Notes: generated from the sequence alone by a model not told the origin. DNA of 64,000 bases from Azolla caroliniana (GCA_043228905.1 JBHGNT010000010.1:16120001-16184000); one strand, 5' to 3'; shown: positions 32,338 through 46,707, numbered from the stretch's first letter. Program-made: numbers and translations.

Positions 32338-35300
32338 GAGCCATGCAACTGGACATCTCCCGTCGCCCACATTCTCTTGGTTCCATTGCCGGACCATCAG
32401 GCAATTTCACATTGGAGGTATAGCTTTCGTTTAACTCTAGTTCCATTCAGTCTGTTGCTTTACTTGATTCTGGGGCATCTTCTTGCTTCATCGACGTCAT
32501 GTTTGCCCAAGCACATGGCGTACCTGTCGTTGGCCTCTCAAAACCCATTCCAGTTGAAGCCATCGACGGGTGCGTCCTCTCGTCAGGTGCAATTACTCAA
32601 GCTACAATCCCATTAGGGCTTTGGGTGGGCTCACACCAAGAGGAGCTCACCTTTTACCTCATCGCATCTCCTCGACATCTGATCGTCTTAGGACTAACGT
32701 GGTTGGAGGCGCACAATCCAATAGTGGATTGGTGCAACCGCTCGATCACATTTAGCAAGTCAAGATGCTCGTGCAAAAGTATGAAGGTAAATTCAGTTTC
32801 CTATCCTTCGGAGACGGTCGACTCCGAATTGACTACCCCATCATCCGTCCAGGATGGGTTTGTTTGTGGCGCCGTTTCTAACACACTCCATGTTATTCCC
32901 GAAAAATACCAACACTTCTCCGACGTATTTGAAAAATGTAATGTTGATCGGTTGCCTGAACACCGGCTCTACGACTGTCCGATTGATCTTCAAGAAGGTG
33001 CGTGTCCACCATTTGGTCCTCTATATGCGTTGTCTGCACCAGAGTTGAAGGCCCTTCGTGTGTATCTCGATGAGAACCTCGAGAAAGGCTTTATTCAACC
33101 TTCTAAGTCACCAGCCGGGGCCCCCATTTTATTTGTGAAGAAGAAGGACGGCTCTCTACGCTTATGCGTCGACTACCGAGGTCTCAACAAACTCACTGTG
33201 CGCAACCGCTATCCGCTACCTCTAATCCCCGAACTCCTTGATCGGCTCCGAGTTGCGCGTGTCTTCTCCAAAGTTGATCTGCGTGGCGCGTACAATCTAG
33301 TACGCATCAAGCCGGGGGATGAATGGAAAACCGCATTTCGAACACGGTATGGGCATTTCGAATACAAGGTAATTCCTTTTGGTCTTACTAACGCTCCCGC
33401 AGTTTTTCAACATATGATGAACGATATTTTCCAGGAATATCTTGATCTTTTAGTTGTCATTTACCTCGATGATATTCTCATTTTCTCGCCAAACATGGAG
33501 GAGCACACTCGCCAAGTCCGATTAGTTCTGGCCAAACTTCGCGAGCATGGCCTTTATGCCAAAGGCGAGAAATGCGAGTTCGACCGTACCTCGATCGAAT
33601 TTCTGGGCTACATCATCTCGCCCACTGGCATCACCATGGATATGAAGAAGGTCTCTGTCATTCAGGCGTGGGCGACTCCAAGGCGACTTAAATATGTGCA
33701 ATCCTTCCTCGGCTTCGCGAATTTTTACCGTCGCTTCATCAAGGGGTTTTCCACCCTAGCACAACCTCTTATCGCTCTCACCCATAAAGGCACTCCATTT
33801 TTATGGACCTCGGAGGCACAAAATGCGTTCGACTCACTCAAACACGCATTCATCACTGCCTCGGTGCTGCTACATGCCGACCCCACAAAACCCTTCCAAG
33901 TCGAAACCGATGCCTCTGACTTTGCCATTGGCGCCATCTTATCCCAAGCAGACGACAACAACCTAATGCACCCAGTGGCTTACTATTCCCGAAAATTTAC
34001 GGCATCCGAAATCAATTATCCCATTTACGACAAGGAGCTTGCTGCTATCATTGCTGCCTTTGAAGAATGGCGACCCTACTTGGCCGGCGCACAACATCGT
34101 GTCCAGGTAGTGACTGATCATAAAAATTTAGTTTATTTTTCCACCACTCGTACTTTGAATCGAAGGCAGGCCCGTTGGTCTACATTTCTCGCCGACTACG
34201 ATTTTGAGATCGTATTTCGACCTGGTGGCCAACATGGGAAGGTTGATGCCCTTTCTTGCCGAGCTGACCTTGCACTCCGCCCTGGGGATGCTGCTTATGC
34301 TCAACAATCTAGACGTTTGTTGAAACCCGACCAATTGCATCTGTTTGCCACTTGTATGTTGCAGGATGATTCTTTACTCCAACAAATCACTGATTCGAGA
34401 TAGTCTGCAAAACCCCTCCAAGGCGACCAAAAGGAAGGATATTGACACCTTCACCATACAAGAGGGTTTGTTGTTCTGAGATCATCTCTTATACGTCCCA
34501 GAGGGCCCATGTCGCACCCGGGTGTTGCGGGAATGCCACGATGACCCACTTGCAGATCATTTCGGGGTCGTGAAAACCCTCGAGCTAATCTCTCGGGGGT
34601 ATTGGTGGCCACAACCATGGAAGTTGGTCAAAGAATACATAAAGAGTTGTGAGGTTTGTGCTCGCTCCAAAGCCATTCATCATCGGCCATACGGCTTACT
34701 ATAGCCGCTTCCATGTCCTCGTCGTCCTTGGGCCTCTATCTCTATGGACCTGATAACTGATCTACCCTTGGTCAATAGCTATGACTCGGTGTTGGTCGTT
34801 GTCGATCGGTTTACGAAGATGGCTCACTTCACTCCATGCTCCAAAACCATTTCCGGAGAAGGAATGGTGCATCTCCTACTCAACAATGTAGTACGCTTGC
34901 AAGGACTCCCTGATGATGTCATCTCGGATCGCGGACCCCAGTTTGTCTCTCACTTCTGGCAGCGCCTGCTACAAACTTTAGGCATCTCTGTCAAGTTGTC
35001 CTCCGCTTATCACCCCCAAACTAATGGGCAAACGGAGTGTGTCAACCAAATCCTTGAGCAGTATCTTCGGTGCTCGGTTAGTTACCAACAAGATGATTGG
35101 GTCAACTTACTTTCGCTCGCGGAATTCGCCTACAATAATTCTCTCCATGCATCGACTGGCGTCACTCCCTTCTTTGCCAACTACGGTTTACATCCTCGCT
35201 TCAACATTTCCCTTCCTACCACTTCCGTGAACCCTTCGGCGGAGGATCGTGCCCGCATTTTGGAAGAAGTACATCATGATTTATCCTTGGAGCTTAGTCT

Positions 35301-35859
35301 TGCTAGTGAACGATACAAGAAGCAGGCTGATCGCCATCGATCTTCCACTCCACACTTTGTCGTTGGAGACATGGTCTGGTTGTTACGTCGACACATCTCT
35401 ACTACTCGTCCATGTGCGAAACTTGATTACAAGAAGTTGGGACCATTCCGTATCATCGAGTGCATCAATCCCGTCGCCTTCCGGCTCGCCCTTCCATCCC
35501 ACTTCCGGATTCACGATGTTTTTCATGTCTCCCTCCTCGAACCCCGTTATGCTTCACAACTCCCAAGCCGTCAAGCCCCACCACCACCACCTGTGCAATT
35601 GACGACAGGGGAGGAATACAAGGTCGACCAAATCCTTGACTCGCGTTGGCACCGTCGACACTTGCAATACCTCGTCCTATGGAGGGGTTACCCCATGTCT
35701 GAGGCCACATGGGAACCATCGGCAAATTTACAAAATGCCCCAAAGGTCGTCCAAGATTTTCATCACCGATATCCCCACAAACCAGCGGCCGATTTGGGAA
35801 GGCGACGTAAGAGGGGGGATAATGTCAAGATTCGAACTCTTGACACGACCATGTTATAA
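32310..35859 (+). pseudogene. pol: Chromovirus Pol (PR-RT-RH-INT-chromodomain) in the -1 frame, with nonsense and frameshift lesions
   Basis: LLDSGASS, YLDDILI, ETDASDFAIG, DKELAAI, HHCC, SDRGPQF, GPF, and EYKVDQILDSR...YLVLWRGY...TWEP chromodomain. Stops near 32420, 34401 and 34702. Confidence 0.92.
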
Positions 35860-38800
35860 TCTACTATTATGAGTTAACCAAGATATCTAGTACTAGTTAT
35901 GTATGTAATTGGTCCTTATTATTTTGCTAGCATCATGTGCATAGTTGCTCCCTTGTAGTATTTACACTTGGCACATGCATGCATACCTACATGCTCTATT
36001 GTAGATTCACATGCGTGCAACAAGTATGCATGCCATGTAGTATAAATAGAGGAGTTCACCTTGAAGGAATTCAAGGTGAACAACACCAGTTATGGAGTCT
36101 TTCCTTTAGTACTATCTTCTTTCTTGTCCATTTGGTTATCTTCTTGGTTGTCTCTTGAGTTTATGATCCGTGACAAGAGGTATGCATCGTCGTGATGTCC
36201 CTACTTTCAACGGCTAGTTGGAACTGGTCGTACCCGGAGTATAAGTCTCTGACTGAGTAGATGGACCTTCCGACGAAGGCCTCCGCGAACTTATCGATTG
36301 TCGGCTCAACCCTTGCGTTACAAATGGTCACCTTCTTGACCGGCTGCAAGTCCTGAATGAAGCGTAGAGTGTTGTTCTTCTTTGGCACTGTGAACCACCG
36401 ATTTGAGTACGGGGTACTCAACGGCTCGAGGATCCCCATATCGACCTTCTCCTTGAGCAGCTCCATCAACTTCGAGATGTGAGCTCTCGGAACCAGAATC
36501 GTCTTGAGATTCCACGGTACATGCGGTACTATGAAGATCACCATCAGTTCCACAATTGTCGGGTCGACGCACCCGATCTCCCCCGGCGAATATGCAAAGG
36601 CCTTCCTGTGCCTCTCGAGAATTCTCCGAAACAAGTTCTCCTCCACCGGTAGTAGAAAGCCAGCCCCACTGATCTTCAACTTCCGAAGTGTCTCTTCGGT
36701 AAACCGGTGCCCTATGCTAGCCGGATCTCATAGACTTGGGTCGGTCGCGACCCCTCTCATCTGTTCCTAGTTGTCCTCTAGTAAGGGTGGCGCAACTAGC
36801 CTTACCTTCCGGTCCACATTCTTGTACTTAGTGTCCCTCTAAGCGGTCTGATCCGTTCCGACCATTCTTCCAAAGTCCGCAATGACTTCGTACATTTCGA
36901 CTAAACTAACTGGAATCATCTAGTCTTCGCTTAGATCCTCTTCAACTACCTTCTCAATCTCCTTGATGGTGTCGTCAAATGAGACCGCCTGCACGGCACC
37001 ACTGATCTCATCATTGGGGCCCAAGGCTCCACATGCCTTAAAGCGCCCTTCGACCTATCTTTTCTCCTGGCCACCGATGTTGGTTATGGTACAACCTCCA
37101 TTAACAGAGGGCCAAAATTTCCTACCTATTGTACAGGTATGGGGATTCTTCTAGACGTCCAGACTATCGCGACCTCTTTCAAAAATCCTCTCGGCTTTCG
37201 CCGCCAAGAGATTCTATGTTCCTCTCGTGGTTCGGCCTAACCGTCAAGAACTAGACGGAGTGTCGTCCGTCCTGGCTCTCCACCCACGCATATGTCAAGG
37301 ATGGAAACCGGGGTCTCTATCGCAACCCTTGCCCAGTGTGGCTTCATGTAGTGACTATCCCGAAAACCCTCTTCCATTACCACTTCTTCGATGTGGACCG
37401 CCTTCACCTCGATCGGCTTCTCCGGCTTCGGCTCCTCTTCACGAGGTCAATGATCGAGTCATGGAACTTTTTCTTTGCAATTCCCAGTACTTCTCTTAAC
37501 GAGAGTTCCACCCTCTTGTTGAGGATCCACTCCTCCTCTAAGACCTTCCGCATGTCTATTGTCTTCTCGATCGCCAAGCTCAACCAGAAGCTCAGGAACT
37601 TCATCCTCTCCTGTGAGCCAGCCGGACCCCCGTCATTTTTCTTCGGTCCGCTCCAAGTGTTGTATTGGTTAGAGGGATCGGCCCCTCTGGCCTTCATGGC
37701 CCGCTTGTCTTCAACCAGAACCTCGTAGTTCTTGCACGTGACTTCCACGAAGCCGGTTTTGTCCTCCACTGGATCACTCCATCCAGTGTCCTTTTAGACC
37801 CGCATCTCCACACAGTCTTCTTCTTCCCTCTTCAGTTTCTTCCCAAAGAAGCCTTCCAGTATAACCAGCCAAAATCCGGTGTTGCTTCTGGAGCCAGTGC
37901 CCTTTTCTCCACCTACCCAGATGTCGGCTCAAGCCGAGTAGTGGATGGCCTCGACATGCCGCACCGCAACTTCTTCCATTATCCTCTTCATCCCCCCTCA
38001 ACTAGTGTTCAGCTCGAGGGGTTTCCGAGTCTCACAAGTGTGTACTTGGTCGTTCCACAAGTACACGACATTGTTCTTGATCGCGTCGGTACAATTAGTG
38101 TAGTCTCTTCGAACATGGTCGACAACGTCGCACAACATGCATCTCTAATCTATCGGTGGGCGTCAATCGCGTGATTTTAACCGCCGCCTTCCCTCTGGGG
38201 CTGAGCAATCTAGAGGTCTCATACCATCTTCGTTAGCTCCTCCAAAGTTGCGTCCCCGGATTGCCGCTTGACCACGTTGGTCGGAACCACACCCGACTTG
38301 AGCCACCTTCTTGTATCTCCAGACCGAGTCGGAATCGGTTCTTTCGACCTCCTCTCGGCAGCCAAGCCAGCCTTTGACGACCCCGCGTTGTTCCATTCTC
38401 ACCGTTTGTCGAAACGGCTGCAAACTCCCTTAACCACAACCCAGTCAATCGTGACGCCGTCGTCCGTCTCCAAGAGGAGACCAACCTTCTCACGGTCATG
38501 CAGGTCAACCGACTTGATGAAAAACAACACCTTGCTCATGTCGAGCACGGTCCGATCTAGCGCCGATAATCCCGTGAATCGCTTCTCGAATTCTTGGAGG
38601 AGCGTTGATGTGTTCCATCCTTTGTCAAGCGACTCAACCCACTCCATGAACTCCCTTTTAGACAACCAGAGCGAGTCGTCGAAGCCATATTTTTCGAGGA
38701 GCCGTCCCTCGAATTCCATCCAATTCCGGCATGCGGCTTGAACCTCGAGCACTTCCACGTGGATGCTCGGCATTACGACCCGAGGGAATCCTCCGGGATA

Positions 38801-39028
38801 TCCCTCATCAGCATTTCAGCCTTGTAGGCCTCCAAGTAGCTCATTGTGTCCTTCCCATTAAATCGTCCTAACGAGCCAACTACCGTCTCTATGGCGTTAT
38901 CAAGGCCACTCGTGCTCTCCCAAGCGTTCACTAGGCGGTCGACGGCCACCACCATCGCTTCTACAAGTTCACTTCCTCTCATTTTGGGCTCCTCAGCTGC
39001 CCATGTTTCATGTCGAGTTCACCAAAGA

Positions 39029-39841
39029 TGTTGCGGATATCCGCGCGGATGTGTCAAAACGGGGCGGGATCATCGGGGGCTCAGACCAAGGAACCGGTAA
39101 GGGAAGAGAGATTATCCGATCCGGACCAGTCTCCAGATGTCGGATGGTGAGCGCATGGGCTCAGAGATGTGTATTGTTCCGGACCTATCGTCGAGTAGCG
39201 AGCGATGAGCTCATGGGCTCTCACACTTGGGTATGCACACGCAAACGAGAAGGAGCAGAGATAAGAACACAAGCAGAGACGAGAAAGACAGAAAATCCAA
39301 AAACAAAGAGGTAGTCTATTATTCTATAAAGAAGAGAATTATAATCGGACTCGGCCAGCAACCGAGCTTCGAGCTCCCTACACATACACTCGCAGATGCT
39401 AGTGAGCCTCCGATCGGGAGCACATGGGCTACCAGTACGAAACGGGGGCCTCACAACACAACAACAGAAATTGAGGATAGGAAGACAAGAATCTACACTT
39501 CGTTCTCCCCCAAATCATGGATCCCCCCCCCCCCCAGTCTTATCTCCTGCCTTTTATAGCTCCAAGAGAGAGAGAGGAGTCGTTACATCAGGCCGTTAAG
39601 ACATTCGCTTTCTCCCTGATTCTCTCCTCGATCTCCTCCAATCAATCACCTTTATTCCTCTATTTGTGTGACCATAAAGTACCTATTAACTCACTCATGC
39701 CTAGTATTCATCAACATTCAACTAATACTATGTTATTTACACATGCTTGTACATAAAGACAGTTTCGTGTGCATCTGTACACACCCCCGTTCACACGCAC
39801 CCGCCCCCCTTTTCTTCCCATGGCCGGAATCCTTCATGACA
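39029..39841 (-). repeat. 5' LTR of element F
   Basis: TGTTGCG...CATGACA next to the PBS; minus-strand TATA near 39551-39559; resembles the C LTR ends. Confidence 0.75.
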
Positions 39842-42800
39842 TCGTTTGGCATTTGCCATTTGGAACTCATGTATTAGCATGTGCGAGGTGACAACATCTC
39901 ATAATATTATGCACATATTCTAAATTATCTATAAAAGTTACGATTAATATTTTGCATAATATGTTATACTAGTGGTTATTGTTATGGGTACCCTTCAAAG
40001 GAGTCATGGGTTTACATCTCTATATGTCATTTTGTATATATGTTCATAGCAAGAGCATATAGTGTTCACCAATTCAATGGAATGACAAACTTGAATTGCA
40101 ACTCTTATTGAACTCGGTTTATGAACATATTTTAGTGTTACTGTACTTTGGAGTAACTTTATATCCACACCCCTGCTCCTTTCCCTAACCATTTCTTTTG
40201 TATATAATACTCTCTGATTTTACATTTTTGTAACCCTTTGGCACTTTTCTTAATACTAATGAAGGAAATCTTTTTGAAAAAAAAAAAACTTTATATCATT
40301 TTTGCTAACAATGCTTATTCATGAGGGAGTTCTTGCACTCGATATCTTTATGGGAATGGACAACACGGCCAAAGAATCTCACGATTTGAAAGTCACCACA
40401 TTAGGATGGGAACAATGAGTCATGATACGCCCACTTCTTACACGTGACACAATCGAAGATTATCTCTATTCGTTGTTAAATAATCGAACTCTATTTGTTT
40501 GTATTGGTAAAAGCTTTGTATATGTATTCTTTGTTATGTTTAATTCGATGTGAAACCCATACATTTATTTGATGTTGACCTTAGCTATGCATTGGTAAAG
40601 GTAGATAATCTCTTTTATGTATCAATCGCAAGGTAACTTTTTGAGTTCAACAAGTTTTTTTTAAATATCTTGTTATACTTTGTCTTTTGCATACGGACTA
40701 CCATATACTTGGGTACCAACCTTATATATCACAATAGTGCCTTACAATGGAACCTTTAAATTATTTGATACATGGCACCTTAAATTAAGTATTATTAGAA
40801 CTTATCAGAAGATAAGCAATATAATCTAATAATAAAATTGGTGACATTTTTTTAAGCAACACAATGGATAGATGTTTGACATCATTCCCTTTATGACTTG
40901 AAGATTCACACATTTATGCATCATCTTGGCGCTATTATCCCAAGCAACATACACTCATGAAAGGAAAGTTTATCAAGTTTTTTCTACTTCTGAGTGGCGA
41001 AAATATTTCCTTGGGACCACTTAATCTAACTTTCAGCTTTTGCACAAGGTAATTATATGTATTCATAGATTAAATGGCCATCTTTATGTCATTTTCCAAG
41101 AAAAATCTTTGTCTCTCTAGAAGAGAGGGTACACACACTTGAATGTAGAGTAGGGGCTCCACAAAAAATATCCATTAACAACGTTGAGAACAAGTTGCAA
41201 TTCAGCAGAGCTTGTAAAAACTAGCATCCTAAAAATAAGAATTCTTTGTCTAACAAAAAGAATTTTGTTCTTCAAATATGTGACAGCCATTTCTGTTATT
41301 CCACGTGTAATGGATTAAAACAAAGATGCTTTGTTCCCTATTTTCATGTGTCATTCTTAACATCATTAGATGCATTTGCTCTTTGTGGGACTATATTGTA
41401 ATTAATAAGTGAGAGTTGTATTGTTTTCGAAACAAAACTATCATAATTGAGCATGAATCATTCACCTTCAAAAAGATTTTAGAATTTAAGTATTTAGCAT
41501 TTATGGCCCTTACCAAGTCCCATTTGTGGGTTCTCATTTTCAAGATAATAAAAATATTTCCAAGTTTATTTTGTAGAACATTTAACCTATTAGTAATGCT
41601 AGGAAATGTAGGGATGATTGCTAGCAAGCCATTTTATTTATTTAAGATCAATCCCTTTTTATCAATAAACAATCAATTGCACATCCAAATTTATACTAAA
41701 AATATATTGTCAAAAGAATTTTCAAGAGAGATTTTTTTTCATTGCCCATCTATTATAAATCCTCCCTTGGACTATTCATTCATTTGATTTTAAAGACATG
41801 GAAACTGTTCGATATTAATTAACGTGATACATTTTTCTTAATAGCTTATGTGTTAGAAAATATAAACAATTCTTCATTTGGATATGTATATGTATGTATA
41901 TGTATGTATATATATACATATACATACATACATGTACATATATGTCATAGCATGCCTTTCATGTTGACAATTAAATAGTGGCTCACACATGTAAGAAAGT
42001 AGTATTTAACGACTTTTGCTTGAGAAATGTATTAATTCTCTCCATATTTATTCATTCATATGTGTACATAACGTAAATTATGAATGGATATATTTTCTAT
42101 ATGTTAATGTCAGCTATTTGGAATAAATTATCAGAGGTGAAGGTTGTTACCCTTTTGATATGTACTTTAGAATTTTGAATTGGAAATGATTTTGACATAA
42201 ACGTTGTGTTGAAAACAGTTAGACACATACATGTGATTGGTTATCCTAATGATATCATTTGATGCATGCACTTTGTGTACTAAAGGGGGAGGATAGTTGT
42301 AGGGGAGTGGGGGGGAATGTGAGACATCAGGGTTGGTTTTCAAGAGAAGCACAAGTATGGTACAAGACGAGAATCGAAGCTAAATGGAGAAAAGAGGAGA
42401 GAAGTGAAGAATGGATGGATGCATGAAAATGTTCAAATTTCGGTGGTAAGGAGGTTGTAACAACGTAACTCGTCAGAAAAGAAAAGATGACGACGACCTA
42501 AGAGTGGTGTGAAGAGGGTGGGTGAACAACCTAGGGATAATAGTGGTAGTGGTGAGCCTTGTGTATTAAAAGGGTTGAGAGTCTTCGCGAGACTATAAAA
42601 GAGTTGGGAGAGACTTTACATAATTAGATGTAATAGTTATTCAAGTCACATTCAACCTCTAGTAAATTTTTTAGTACCAGTTGTAGCATGCAAAAGGGAT
42701 AAGATAAATTAGAGCATGATTAAGTGGTAGTTGGGTGTTGGACGATGGATAAAAGTAGAAACATGTATAGTTTTGGGTGTAAAATGTGTGCAATTTCTAG

Positions 42801-45800
42801 CCATGACACCTTGCAACTCTCCGGCTTTTAAATTAGTAATACTCCTTCCATTTCATTTAGTTTCATTTTCATGTGTTCAAAACTCGTTTTCACACAAGGC
42901 ATTGATTCCTCACTGCGAGACAATGACTTTCTCTCTCTTCTCTTTTCTTCTCTCTCAATTCATTGATAGCCTTTTGCTTTCAATCTCCACCCCCCACCCC
43001 CTTCCAACCCACCACCACCACTTAAAAAAGAAAAAGAAAGTGAAAGATTAAAATATGCTTTAGATACATCTCCTAAACACCTTTGTTTTTTTGAACACGT
43101 AGAAACCAATAATGTCCAAAGGCAAGAGTTGTCATCTCTTTAAGAGAGAGAGAGAGAGATACAAGAGGGGGGGGAATGGCACTGTTATTGTTTTGACTAG
43201 AATATGCATATGTAGAGGTAAAACATGTCATCACTCACCAAAACTTGAATTGAATTTTTTAATCAGTCGGTTCAAAATGTCTAGAACCAAACAAGTATCC
43301 GGCATAAATTATAAGATTTCTATTATTCTATGCTATAAAAGGAACCCGTCTAAATAATGATTGTGCATGAGAGCTTCAAATTCCACGTTTCGGCACCTAA
43401 TAAAATAATAAGTGTTGAATTTTCATTGAGGGTTTGCTTGCTAAGTTGTCTTTCAACTCATTAACTATTGTTGTGGGGACATAGTTTAAATCTTGTGCTT
43501 GGTGGTAATATCTAGCCATTCTTGGTTTGTTGTGGAAGATCGTTTTCAAACTGCATCGATGGAAAAACGATTACTTTTTAACACTTTTTGGGTGGAAAGT
43601 TGTCTTCCGCCACCATAACACTTCACACACATATCAATAGGAAATAGTGTAACCTTTCACATCTCTCTTTAACTTTTTTACTCTTCAGACTTCTCCTCTG
43701 TACTGTCTCTACATAAGCAAGGAATTAAATCAAAAAGTGGTGTCTCTTCCATCTAAAAAGCTATTCGACAAAAGGTTCCCTTGTGTGCATAAAATGGTGA
43801 GATGAGAGAACCTTGGAAACTAGAATAATGATTTGCTTCTTAATTCCTCTTAACTAATAACAATGAGTCTTCAAAATGAAAGTCTTTTTTTATTGGACAA
43901 ACACATTTCTAAAATCTTCTAATGATGTACCTTGAATCTAAGAGTACACATATGTTCCCAAAAACATGCCTAGGCAAGTATCAAACATTTGACCAACTTG
44001 TTGAAGTCCACGCCTCCTAAAGGGAATGTACAATGTCATATGGAGATCCAATTAGTTATTAAGATGTTTGTATTGTGCATGTATCATATATATTAGCAAT
44101 GCATGTAGAGAAAAATCAAATCATTATCCAACAAAGAAACTATATTCCCATAATGAGGAAATATATTTAGCAAATAGTACATATCTACATTGTTTCCCAT
44201 AAGGAAGAAGGGAACGTCTATTTGTAATATTTTCGAGTATATATAGATGTGAAAATACGAATTAGAAACATGTCACTATGTTATAACAAATGTGTCATAT
44301 GTGTGTTAGAGACCGGGTGTGAATGTGGGTATGAGCAGGCACTTACATTCATGTACTTGGTAACCTAAACCACATAACGATTGCTACTTGTGAATACATG
44401 TGCATCATCAAGGTTATACAATGTTATTATGACATAAACAACAATATCACAAGTCATGTTCTATATAACTATGTGACTTTGTGGTTGTGCAATTGACTAT
44501 GTTCAAATCCACATCTACATGTGCATGTAAGTGAACAACATAAGACACTCCTTAATGTATGGTGTGGCTCATATATCCATATAGTTGTATATGCATATGT
44601 GTTTTTAATTGTTTAATCACATAGATTAATGGTTGTTTATTCAATAGAACTGCTCTAATTCCATTATTCTTCGTGTAGCCTTGATTTGTTAATCATCCTT
44701 TCTAATGTTTGTGTATTATCCTCCATGCTTGTAGGGAATGCCAATATATGTTAATGTTATCCCCACAAGTATGTAATTTCCATAAAATTGTCCAAATCTA
44801 ATTTGTTGAGTAAATATTTGACAAATTAAATTTGCTCATTTTCAGACAAAATACAAATATTATGCTAATTATGCACACAATCAAACATCCTGGCTAGTTA
44901 TGCATGTTGTATGTGCACGTGCATGTGATATGTCAAATTATTTTGCATATATCAAAAAGCCAAAAACATGGTCCCAAAGTGACTGTTACTAGAAAGTCTC
45001 GTTTACTGATCCAAAGGGCATAGCCACATGTGGATCATGTAATTTTTGGAGGATAACTCCTATGGTTAAGTAGAAAACCTATACATGTGCTTAAAATGGG
45101 AATGACTGGTTTGGTGTTTTTGTATGGGAGAGCTTATGCTAAGGTTGTAATTGATGTTGCGAGCATTATTAGATGGACATGAATGTAACATATGTATGTA
45201 TTGTGGGATGTCTTCATCCACAACATCATGATTAGATCAAAGAATGCAAATGCAATTTGACCTAGTTTTAAATGTCATGACTATGAGTGTGGAGGAGAGT
45301 GATTGTCCATCTTGTGTTAAATGGATGGGAATTTTGATGTCCCATCATCTTCTAGTACTTGACCCAACATGTTGACTTCTTAGTGTGTATAATAGTAAAT
45401 ATAGCAATGTGCTATTCTTGGCATCCTTGTATCCTTTCATTTGTGTGCACATCTACAATACATGATTGGATGTTTGTCATGAGCATATCATTGGTGGATA
45501 GCTCAAATAACGTTGGCATATTCTCTCTAAAACCATTTGCTTATATTTTGTTGCCAACTAGAACATAGGATTTGCTTTTATTTTTCCAATGTGCAATGTG
45601 CATGCCTCTATTCCCTTTACTTTAACCATGTACTTTTGGACTCTCATACACTCTCTAGTTTGATGAAAAGTAGCCAAAAACTCTCAAATACGGTTGAAAT
45701 TTGGAGTTAAGCAAGCCCACTAACAGTATTTGCAATATGTCGCATTAAACTTAAAATGAAGGCATAAATATGGTCGTGAACATCATTCCATGATAGACAA

Positions 45801-45996
45801 CAAATATAAAGGTGTTGTTTAAAGTGAAAAACTTGAACAATTGTATGGATTGGGTTTCAAGATCGGCTTGGGCTTTGTGGCGGCTTTGGGCGTCTCATCA
45901 TCGTCTTTATGGACCCCATGGCAATGGTTTTTTATCAAAGTTGGTTGGCAATGAAACTTGTTCATCTATCCTACATTGGTATGGGACTGCTTCAAT

Positions 45997-46415
45997 TAAC
46001 ACTCGGCAATGGTTCGGTTTGAACCGAACCGAACTGCGAAACCATGGCTTAACGGTTTAAACGGTTTTTTATTTTATATATATTTTTTAAATTGTAAAAT
46101 AATAATAATAATAAATTAAAAAAAAATTTAAACAATCTTTTCATTTTCATGCCTTATTCTCACATTTTAGGAAAATCTTTAAATTTTTGAAATTTTAAAT
46201 AATGAAATATTTTAAATTTTAAATTTTGACCTAAGCCAAAAACCGAAACCGAACCACAAAACCGTGGTTTTGCCAATTTAATGGCTTAATGGTTTGAACT
46301 TTTTTTAATGGTTCGGTTTAACAGTTTCGTGGTTTGGTTTGGTTTAGATTTCAAACAAATTTTAACGATTTGAGTTTGACCCTCTCGAACTGAACCGAAC
46401 CGTTGCCAATTGTTA
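45997..46415. mobile_element. Non-autonomous hAT-type DNA transposon (MITE)
   Basis: Imperfect TIRs TAACACTCGGCAATGGTTCGG / CCGAACCGTTGCCAATTGTTA, 8-bp TSD GCTTCAAT, subterminal AACCG repeats, AT-rich core. Confidence 0.85.
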
Positions 46416-46707
46416 GCTTCAATTCATCCTCCTAATCAACTCAATTGTGATGTGTTCCCTCCGGGGCACTTAGACACATCCATTCATTGGAAATCATTAA
46501 TTGATTCATGAGGAACCATGTAAACTCTAAATTTATGCTAGCTCTAAGGACAACCATGAGGTTTTATGTTGTAGTCAAGACTCAAGAGAAGCAACTCTTT
46601 GTAGGGTGTCATAAGAATTGGTTGCAATGGTCACCCTTAACAATGTACCTTAGATAGGAGCCAATGGTGAGGTTGCCCGAGGTTCTTGTGATTCTATAAA
46701 AAACAGG

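Larger units (their letters stand above)
30918..36175 (+). mobile_element. Element G: full-length chromovirus (Ty3/Gypsy, Tcn1/sushi-like)
   Basis: 353-bp LTRs 30918-31270 and 35823-36175 (3 differences), perfect TSD AGAGG, PPT AAGAGGGGGGA at 35809-35819, C-terminal chromodomain. Confidence 0.95.
30440..39841 (-). mobile_element. Element F: older degenerate Gypsy of the same group as C (5' LTR 39029-39841), interrupted by G and cut by E
   Basis: Degenerate Trp PBS 39007-39024; gag fragments 38773..38982 and 38399..38773; protease core deleted near 37290; RT fragments 36161..36679, 30559..30897 and 30344..30688 join across G. Confidence 0.85.

Noticed and set aside
41885-41945. Hairpin of (TATG)n/(CATA)n as a miRNA precursor
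   Set aside because: Low-complexity microsatellite inversion.
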